A stretch of 19,963 nt of DNA, taken from assembly GCA_043718025.1 (NCBI GenBank), contig JAYSWN010000181.1, forward strand, positions 1 through 19,963, in the 5' to 3' direction. Under the pieces are notes generated by a model that saw only the letters and a list, made by a program, of their open reading frames with translations, had not been told where the DNA came from and did not search any database. Shown here piece by piece: positions 1-6,104 of the stretch. This DNA is from Pseudomonadota bacterium (GTDB lineage: Bacteria > Bdellovibrionota > FAC87 > UBA2466). The position numbers were made by a program, and so were the translations under genes. The first letter of the stretch is position 1. Every line of letters starts with the position of its first letter.

Positions 1-1
1 A

Positions 2-340
2 TTGAGCGAAATCTACGAAAAACAGCCGTACGCAATGCTCGAATTCTCTACGCAGGCCTTTGTTTCGAGCCTTAATGAAGTGCTACTACCGTGGGGGAAT
101 TTTCAGATACGCTCGTTGGCCTCTCTATTTTGGATAAATTTTGGGGCCGAAAGCAAAGCGTTTCCGTCTGAAATCTCAGCCTATGGTGCCGAGACGTACC
201 GCAAGTTTTTTAGGGCCGCCTTAGATAAGGGGATCTATTTTGCCCCTTCCCCCTACGAAGTTGGTTTCTTATCGACGGCCCATACTCCGGAAGTGCTTAA
301 CAGCGTTTTGGATAAACTTAGTTCCCTTGAAGCCCCATGA
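2..340 (+). CDS. hemL: Glutamate-1-semialdehyde 2,1-aminomutase, C-terminal part (truncated by window edge)
   Basis: YRKFFRAALDKGIYFAPSPYEVGFLSTAH matches the HemL C-terminal signature (FFxxmLxxGvyxAPSxfExgFxSxAH). Lies in a hem cluster. Confidence 0.92.
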   Translation: MSEIYEKQPYAMLEFSTQAFVSSLNEVLLPWGNFQIRSLASLFWINFGAESKAFPSEISAYGAETYRKFFRAALDKGIYFAPSPYEVGFLSTAHTPEVLNSVLDKLSSLEAP

Positions 341-1332
341 AGACCAACAACCTGCAACGACGTTGGCTAGTTTTATTTTGCGCCGTAGCACTATTGGTGT
401 TCGCCCAAGTTGGTTGGTGGGCCACCCTCTTCCTTCGTGAAGTGAATGCCATGGAGGCCATTAAAACCAAGCATCTGATGCTGGTCGAAAAAATGGGCGA
501 ACCTCGTACGCCAGAAACTCAATCGCTTGAGCAGATACAAAACGAAGCTTACCGCCGACGTATCATGTTTTTGTCGGAGGCCATCTTTTTCGCTGGCATG
601 GCCGGCTTTGGCCTATTTCTTATCTACCAAAGCCTCGGCGCCGAAGCGCGATCACGAGAAATTCAAAAAAACTTTGTGGAGATCGTAAGTCATGAGTCAA
701 AAACGCCGCTGACCGCATTAAAGCTGCGACTAGAGTCCATTGCCGAAAAGCGTTCTGATGATTTGCAGCTGGGGCGCGACGTGCTGTTGATGCTTGAAGA
801 GGTGCGTAGGCTCAATGGCACCTTCGACAAAGTGATGAGCTGGAATCGTCTAGAACGCCAGGGGTTACAGAAAGAGAATCAAGACATCGTGCCTCTGGTG
901 CAAGACACGCTTCGCCGCATCGAGCCCTTTCTAAAAGCACGCGGAGTCACGGTTGAGTTAAAGGGCGAAAATCCGGTGATGTGTAAAGTGGATGCTTCGG
1001 GATTATCGAGCGCTCTGCAGTGTCTTTTTGAAAATGCCGCCCTTTATAATGATCGACCCGACAAGCGCTTGGAAATTGAAGTGAAAAGCGCGTTTTCTTT
1101 AGCCTCCATCACCGTGCGCGACAATGGCCCGGGCATCGATCCCGAAGACGAAGCTCACCTTTTTGAGCGCTTTTATCGCGGCAGCCAAGGCAAAAAGACG
1201 GCGGGAACCGGACTGGGTCTTAACATTGCGTACACCCTAATTTTGGCCCAAGGCGGCGATCTTAAGTTTGTGCGCCCCACCGAGGGCGGAACCCAATTCG
1301 ACATCGCGTTTCCCTCCAGCCGCCCCGCCTGA
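337..1332 (+). CDS. Membrane sensor histidine kinase (HisKA/HATPase), HemK(Hklep)-like by context
   Basis: Two hydrophobic segments flank a short extracytoplasmic loop. H-box VSHESKTP, N-box FENA, G1 DNGPGI, F-box LFERFY, G2 GTGLGL. ATGA overlap with the hemL stop. Confidence 0.93.
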   Translation: MKTNNLQRRWLVLFCAVALLVFAQVGWWATLFLREVNAMEAIKTKHLMLVEKMGEPRTPETQSLEQIQNEAYRRRIMFLSEAIFFAGMAGFGLFLIYQSLGAEARSREIQKNFVEIVSHESKTPLTALKLRLESIAEKRSDDLQLGRDVLLMLEEVRRLNGTFDKVMSWNRLERQGLQKENQDIVPLVQDTLRRIEPFLKARGVTVELKGENPVMCKVDASGLSSALQCLFENAALYNDRPDKRLEIEVKSAFSLASITVRDNGPGIDPEDEAHLFERFYRGSQGKKTAGTGLGLNIAYTLILAQGGDLKFVRPTEGGTQFDIAFPSSRPA

Positions 1333-1344
1333 TAAGTTACTCCG

Positions 1345-2043
1345 ATGCCCCTTCTCGCCAAAATTTGTTTTGTCGAAGACGACCCCACGATTCAAGAGCT
1401 GGTAGCCGAAAAACTACGCTCGAAAAACTACGAGGTGGTGACCTTTGATTCCGCCGAGGCGGTCATCGGTAAAAAGCCCGAGGAGTTCGATCTCTACTTA
1501 GTAGACATTCTGCTGCGCGGAAAGAAGACGGGGCTCGACCTGTGTCACGACTTACGATCCCGTTCGACGACCATTCCCATATTGATTCTATCGGCTCTGT
1601 CTGATTCCAGCGATCGAGTTGAGGGGTTACGCCAGGGGGCCGACGATTACTTGTCTAAACCCTTCGAGATGGAAGAGCTTTTGCTACGTATCGAAGGCAT
1701 GCTGAAACGGCGCTTCTGGTACTCGCGCCTGCCCAAAGAGATGGCGGTTTTCAGTTGGGGTAATAAACAGATCGATTTTGTGAAATTCGAAGGCAAAAAC
1801 GCAAAAGCCACGTTTTCGCTGACCCAAAAAGAGTGCATGCTGATGAAGCTGCTCATCGAAAAAGAAGGACAAGTGGTTAGCCGCGACGAAGTGCTGAATC
1901 ACGTGTGGGGGTACGACGCGTTTCCGAGCAATCGTACCGTCGACAATTTTATTGTGCGCTTAAGAAAATACTTTGAGGAGGAGCCAAGCAAACCTAAGTA
2001 CATTCACTCGGTACGCGGACTTGGCTACAAATTTACAAAATGA
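1345..2043 (+). CDS. OmpR/PhoB-family response regulator, HemR(Rrlep)-like by context
   Basis: Receiver motifs VEDD, LVDILL (phospho-Asp), LSA and KPF. Winged-helix C-terminus RTVDNFIVRLRKYFE...HSVRGLGYKF. Confidence 0.95.
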   Translation: MPLLAKICFVEDDPTIQELVAEKLRSKNYEVVTFDSAEAVIGKKPEEFDLYLVDILLRGKKTGLDLCHDLRSRSTTIPILILSALSDSSDRVEGLRQGADDYLSKPFEMEELLLRIEGMLKRRFWYSRLPKEMAVFSWGNKQIDFVKFEGKNAKATFSLTQKECMLMKLLIEKEGQVVSRDEVLNHVWGYDAFPSNRTVDNFIVRLRKYFEEEPSKPKYIHSVRGLGYKFTK

Positions 2044-3068
2044 AATCAGATCTAATCCGTCATTTGCAGGGCGAAAAACTGGGCCGTTTTCCGGTGTGGA
2101 TGATGCGACAAGCCGGACGTTATTTACCCAAGTACTTGGCCATCCGCGAAAAACATTCTTTTTGGGAGATGGCCACCACCCCTAAACTGATCGAGCAGGT
2201 GAGCCTGCTTCCTCTCGATGTCATTGATGTCGATGCCATCATCTTTTTTGCCGACATTCTCACCCTTCCACACGGTTTGGGTTTGCCGGTGCAAATGAAG
2301 GAGTCAATTGGACCCTATCTCGATCATCCATTGCGCAGCAAAGCTGAGTTTGAAATTTTCGCTCAATTTAATCCCGAAAAACACACCCCGTTCTTAGGCG
2401 AAGCATTAGACGGCATCCGCGCCAAGTTGGATTCAAAAAAGGCGCTCATCGGTTTTGCGGGGGCACCTTGGACGGTCGCTTGTTATTTAGTCGAGGGCAA
2501 GGCCTCAAAAAATTTCGAAAATATTTTGCCCTGGATGTACCGTGACCCCCAGGGCCTCACCGACGCGTTGGCGCTACTGGGTAACGCTACGGCCAAGTAC
2601 CTCCGCTATCAGGTTAAGCACCACGTTGAAATGGTGCAGCTTTTCGACACCTGGATCTCGTGGATGCCAAAGTGGTATTTCGAGGGCTATTACCTGCCGT
2701 TGCTCCAGCACATTTTTAGAGAGGCCGAAGCCGAAGGCGCTTTTACCCTTTATTTTGCCAAGCATTCTCAGCAGGTCACTTCACTACTAAGCCAGACCGG
2801 CGCCAAGGGTTTTAGCGTCGATACGTTATGGTCACTCACCGAGTACGAAAAGGCGATCGGCAAACAATTTACCTTTCAGGGGAATTTCGAACCCACGTTA
2901 CTAATGGGCGACGAGGGGTTGGTACGAAAGCGCACTCGCGAACTGGTTCAAGAGGCCAGAAAGCTTTCGAAGCCAGCCATAATCAATCTGGGCCACGGCA
3001 TTCTACCGGGTACGCCGGTAAGTAACGCCAAAGCTTTTATCGACGAAGCCCGCGCTAGCTGGCTTTAA
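2040..3068 (+). CDS. hemE: Uroporphyrinogen decarboxylase
   Basis: PVWMMRQAGRYLP, AIIFFADIL, LIGFAGAPWT, QLFDTW and NLGHGI motifs. ATGA overlap with the regulator stop. Confidence 0.97.
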   Translation: MKSDLIRHLQGEKLGRFPVWMMRQAGRYLPKYLAIREKHSFWEMATTPKLIEQVSLLPLDVIDVDAIIFFADILTLPHGLGLPVQMKESIGPYLDHPLRSKAEFEIFAQFNPEKHTPFLGEALDGIRAKLDSKKALIGFAGAPWTVACYLVEGKASKNFENILPWMYRDPQGLTDALALLGNATAKYLRYQVKHHVEMVQLFDTWISWMPKWYFEGYYLPLLQHIFREAEAEGAFTLYFAKHSQQVTSLLSQTGAKGFSVDTLWSLTEYEKAIGKQFTFQGNFEPTLLMGDEGLVRKRTRELVQEARKLSKPAIINLGHGILPGTPVSNAKAFIDEARASWL

Positions 3069-3135
3069 CCACCAGCCATGAATGCGGCAAAAAAAAAAGG
3101 CTAGCCAAAAATGCGGTCCAAGGTTAACTTTATTC

Positions 3136-3160
3136 AATATTGAGAATGATTCTCAATATT
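3136..3160. promoter_or_regulatory. Fur box (perfect 12-1-12 inverted repeat)
   Basis: AATATTGAGAAT-G-ATTCTCAATATT. Core TGAGAATGATTCTCA (3141-3155) matches the 7-1-7 Fur consensus TGATAATnATTATCA with one symmetric change per arm. A fur gene lies about 360 bp downstream. Confidence 0.85.
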
Positions 3161-3177
3161 CATTTTGGGGTTGAGTC

Positions 3178-3423
3178 ATGCCTAACCATCATTCCACACC
3201 GCTAACCACCAGCCAGGGGCCACTATTCGTTCGCCGTTGCTCGTGCGGCGGTGTCCACCTATGTATCGGCGGGGTTTCGGTTAACTTGGGTAAAGAAGCC
3301 GCGCTTTTTTTGGCCGAAGAATTTAACCGCGTCACCGAAGATTGGCGCGCCGAGCCAACGGACGTCGATACCAAGCCGACATTGCCAATGCTTAAGCTAG
3401 CCTTTTCTCACGAGACTAATTAG
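3178..3423 (+). CDS. Small uncharacterised protein with a CxCxxxH putative metal-binding motif
   Basis: 81 aa with VRRCSCGGVHLCIGGVSVNL followed by an amphipathic helix (EAALFLAEEFNRV). ATG lies 17 nt after the Fur box. Confidence 0.75.
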   Translation: MPNHHSTPLTTSQGPLFVRRCSCGGVHLCIGGVSVNLGKEAALFLAEEFNRVTEDWRAEPTDVDTKPTLPMLKLAFSHETN

Positions 3424-3442
3424 TTCTTCTTGGCGTGAAAGA

Positions 3443-3510
3443 GGCCGCACCTTTCGAGCTAGGCCAGCCCGACGGATCTTACGGGCTGGCAGGTTGCTCG
3501 AAGTTTGGCT
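3443..3510 (+). other. Long imperfect intergenic hairpin upstream of fur
   Basis: GCCAGCCCG (3463-3471) pairs with CGGGCTGGC (3482-3490). TTCGAGC (3453-3459) pairs with GCTCGAA (3496-3502). The base extends via GGCCG/TGGCT with GU pairs. No U-tract follows. Confidence 0.6.
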
Positions 3511-3520
3511 ATAAGGAGCG

Positions 3521-4039
3521 GTGGCAAAAACGGTTAAAAAAGGAAAGAAAAACCTCCCCTGCGGAAGGCTACGGCCGGTGCATGAAGACCACCAAGCTGG
3601 GGCTGAGCCGGGAACGCTTCAGGCCACGCTAGATCGCTACACGAAGAGTAAGGGATTAAACTCAAGTGCCTCGCGCAATCACATTCTTACGATCATGGCC
3701 GACCAAACCGGCCACTTCTCACCAACCCAGCTTATCCAAAAGGTTAGCGCACGGCATCCATCGATTGGACCCGCGACGGTTTACCGCAACATTACTCTCT
3801 TTTTAGAAGCGGGATTGCTTCGCCAAACCCTCACCGCTACATCGGGCGAGACTCTCTACGAAATGGAGTCAGAAGAACACCACGACCATATTGTTTGTCT
3901 AGACTGCGGTGAAATTTTTGAATTTCATGATGAAGACATCGAAAAGGCGCAGGATAAAATAACCGTTAGCCTAAAGTTTCGCCCCGAAAACCACCGGCAC
4001 GTTATTTATGCGCGCTGCGAGCTCTTAAAGAAGAGATAG
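3521..4039 (+). CDS. fur: Fur-family transcriptional regulator
   Basis: SIGPATVYRNI helix, HHDHIVCLDCGEIFEF and HRHVIYARC. GTG start; exact start and metal specificity uncertain. Confidence 0.9.
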   Translation: MAKTVKKGKKNLPCGRLRPVHEDHQAGAEPGTLQATLDRYTKSKGLNSSASRNHILTIMADQTGHFSPTQLIQKVSARHPSIGPATVYRNITLFLEAGLLRQTLTATSGETLYEMESEEHHDHIVCLDCGEIFEFHDEDIEKAQDKITVSLKFRPENHRHVIYARCELLKKR

Positions 4040-4043
4040 CCGG

Positions 4044-4859
4044 TCACCATTTAACCAACGGGGGAAGTGAAGCAAAGATCGCTTCGATGTTTCCATTGGT
4101 CATCAACCCAAACTTAGTTCCGCGATCGTAAATCAGGTTGTATTCGGCGTATCGACCCCGCCAGTAAAATAGTTTTTCCCGGTCCGCTTCCGTATAGGGG
4201 GTGTCTTTTCGTTTGCGAAGAATGGCGGGATAAACGCTGGCGTAAGCATCGCCCACCGCTCTAATAAAACTAAATAGCATTTCAAAATCACCCTTAAGAT
4301 AATCAAAAAAGATACCGCCGACTCCCCGCACCGATTTACGGTGGGGAATGTAAAAATACTCATCGCACCATTTAGTAAACTTCTGGTAATCCACCGCGCC
4401 GCCCACCGGATGGCGATCGCAGGCCGATTTTAGTGCTTGATGAAAGGCCTTGGTGTCCTCTTCAAACGCAAAGCAGGGGGTGAGATCGGCCCCGCCTCCG
4501 AACCAAAACGTATCGCCCACCTCAAGCAGACGAACATTCATATGTGCGATTGGAGCAAAAGGGTTCTTCATGTGGGTGATGGTGGAAACGCCGGTTGCAA
4601 AAAAGGGCTTTCCCGCATGCTCGCCTTCAATGGCCGGGTATTTTTCGCCGTACACCTCAGAAAAATTGGCGCCGCCTTTTTCTACAGCATCCCCTCGCAA
4701 AACCGCCATCGTGCCTCCACCGCCCTCGGGGCGGGGCCAACTCTTCTTTTCAAACTTGGCGGTACCGTCAATTTCTTCAAAAGAACTGAGCAGGCGGCTT
4801 TGCAGATCCAGAAGATAATGATTAACTGCGTCTTTATTCAATTTGCTTAATGCGGACAT
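4044..4859 (-). CDS. hemF: Oxygen-dependent coproporphyrinogen III oxidase
   Basis: EKGGANFS, HMKNPFAPIAHMNVR, WFGGGADLTP, WCDEYFYIPHR, RGVGGIFFD and RGRYAEYNLIYDRGTKFGL. Confidence 0.97.
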   Translation of the reverse strand: MSALSKLNKDAVNHYLLDLQSRLLSSFEEIDGTAKFEKKSWPRPEGGGGTMAVLRGDAVEKGGANFSEVYGEKYPAIEGEHAGKPFFATGVSTITHMKNPFAPIAHMNVRLLEVGDTFWFGGGADLTPCFAFEEDTKAFHQALKSACDRHPVGGAVDYQKFTKWCDEYFYIPHRKSVRGVGGIFFDYLKGDFEMLFSFIRAVGDAYASVYPAILRKRKDTPYTEADREKLFYWRGRYAEYNLIYDRGTKFGLMTNGNIEAIFASLPPLVKW

Positions 4860-4865
4860 TTCGTC

Positions 4866-4893
4866 ACCTTACCTAATTTTTTGGCCGCGGCAA
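4866..4893 (-). promoter_or_regulatory. Putative sigma70-type promoter of hemF
   Basis: Minus strand reads TTGCCG-N16-TAAGGT, then 6 nt to the ATG. The AAGGTG could alternatively be a ribosome-binding site. Confidence 0.4.
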
Positions 4894-4921
4894 AACGGCA
4901 AACTTAGGAGTGGATTAGCCT

Positions 4922-5632
4922 ATGTGGCACCGGCTATTCGGACCAAAAAACTCATTAATCCTTACTTTTGATAAAGCGAACCTGCCCGAACGAGACGAAT
5001 TAGAAGATCAACTTGACCACGTATCAGCCTACTATCAATTTGCTCCGCTCTCGCAAATTGTTGGGGAACTCAAACATTTGCGAGCCGGAGGTCTAGCTGC
5101 GGTGGTATTTTTAGCCGCACGCAAGAGTTTATTTCTCAAAATTCTGCCCGAATTACAGGCTCGCGGCATTCCGGTTACCATTTTTGCCGATCCCGATTTG
5201 ATTGGGACTAACCGACTCGCCCCACGTGAAGAAGTTGCAGTTTATCAAAAAAAATTCCCCGAACTTTTGTTAGACAGCCCGTTAGCCAATGCCAGAGCGC
5301 TTGGACAGCTTCCAGTGGAGTTGGCCGACCCTTTAGATTTTTCAGTAACGTGGGGGAAAATCAGCGAAGTGCCCGCTTCCCTGCGCGAAATGGGAATTTC
5401 TGTCTCATCGCCTTTAAGCGAAAACGAATTTTGCCAAAACTTAAAATTTTTATCGCAACGAGTGGGCAGCGCTGCAAAATTTGCATACGGAAAACCACTT
5501 TTGTCGACGATGTCAGACAACAGACTGCAAGGCTTTGGCATTGAGGCCGTGGTGGGAAATTCGCACGGTCAGGTCGATAAAAAAACATCTTGCTTCGATC
5601 TTCCTCAGTTTTTTTTCGAAAAAACACTTTAA
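4922..5632 (+). CDS. Hypothetical protein, degenerate polysaccharide deacetylase (CE4/NodB)-like
   Basis: YQFAPLSQIV, LPELQARGIPVTIF and VTWGKISEV...EMG follow the CE4 layout, but the TFDDG and HxxxH motifs are absent. AGGAG lies upstream. Confidence 0.6.
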   Translation: MWHRLFGPKNSLILTFDKANLPERDELEDQLDHVSAYYQFAPLSQIVGELKHLRAGGLAAVVFLAARKSLFLKILPELQARGIPVTIFADPDLIGTNRLAPREEVAVYQKKFPELLLDSPLANARALGQLPVELADPLDFSVTWGKISEVPASLREMGISVSSPLSENEFCQNLKFLSQRVGSAAKFAYGKPLLSTMSDNRLQGFGIEAVVGNSHGQVDKKTSCFDLPQFFFEKTL

Positions 5633-5703
5633 AAAAGATCAAAAGCATTAGAAATTCAGAGGGTGATCGGTTATCTTTTAGTTAACGGAAGGCGCACAAC
5701 AAT

Positions 5704-5976
5704 ATGGCAACTAAAGTAACAAAAGTAGGAATCAAAAAAGAATCGGGATGGCTCTATTATCTCGATAAAAAAGGCAACATCTCGCGCTCGAAAATGGGTC
5801 GGGGCCGCAAGCCCACCAATACGAAGCCGCAGGTCGTTGCGAAACTCGGCGTAAAACGCCAAACCGGCTTTCTATATTTTGTAGATAAGCAGGGCGATCT
5901 TTCGATGGCAAAGATGTCTCGCAGCGGTCGCAAACGAAAAACGGCGAAGTCGAAAGCCAAGAAGAAAAAGCACTAA
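5704..5976 (+). CDS. Small, very basic two-repeat protein with a Lys-rich tail
   Basis: Two repeats 40 aa apart (KVGIKKESGWLYYLDKKGNISRSKM / KLGVKRQTGFLYFVDKQGDLSMAKM). About 28 K+R versus 4 D+E. GGAAGG upstream and a terminator downstream. Confidence 0.88.
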   Translation: MATKVTKVGIKKESGWLYYLDKKGNISRSKMGRGRKPTNTKPQVVAKLGVKRQTGFLYFVDKQGDLSMAKMSRSGRKRKTAKSKAKKKKH

Positions 5977-6003
5977 AAGGTCTTTTCCTTCCCGCTAAAT
6001 TTG

Positions 6004-6035
6004 AGAGGGGCTCCCTAAACGGGGGCCCTTTTTTT
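6004..6035 (+). terminator. Rho-independent terminator
   Basis: AGGGGCTCCC-TAAAC-GGGGGCCCTT stem (two GU pairs) running into T7 at 6029-6035. Confidence 0.85.
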
Positions 6036-6104
6036 ACGTCATTTTTTGGAACTTTTCACTCTGCCCACTACTTGGTATCTCTTTAACTCTCGGAGAAACC
6101 AATT

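Noticed and set aside
3074..3116. Imperfect direct repeat AGCCATGAATGCGG / AGCCAAAAATGCGG around an A10 run
   Set aside because: Only two short degenerate copies, and the spacing does not fit an OmpR-type tandem site or a CRISPR. The A10 run is intergenic, with no evidence for phase variation.
3435..3632. 65-aa ORF overlapping the fur start
   Set aside because: Overlaps fur out of frame, runs through the hairpin and has no recognisable motif.
4437..4850. Plus-strand ORFs (137 and 122 aa) opposite hemF
   Set aside because: Antisense shadows of a well-conserved gene.
3069..4921. HemR-type TGACA-N6-TGACA boxes near hemE, fur and hemF
   Set aside because: None found by eye in the intergenic regions; the operon promoter lies outside the window.
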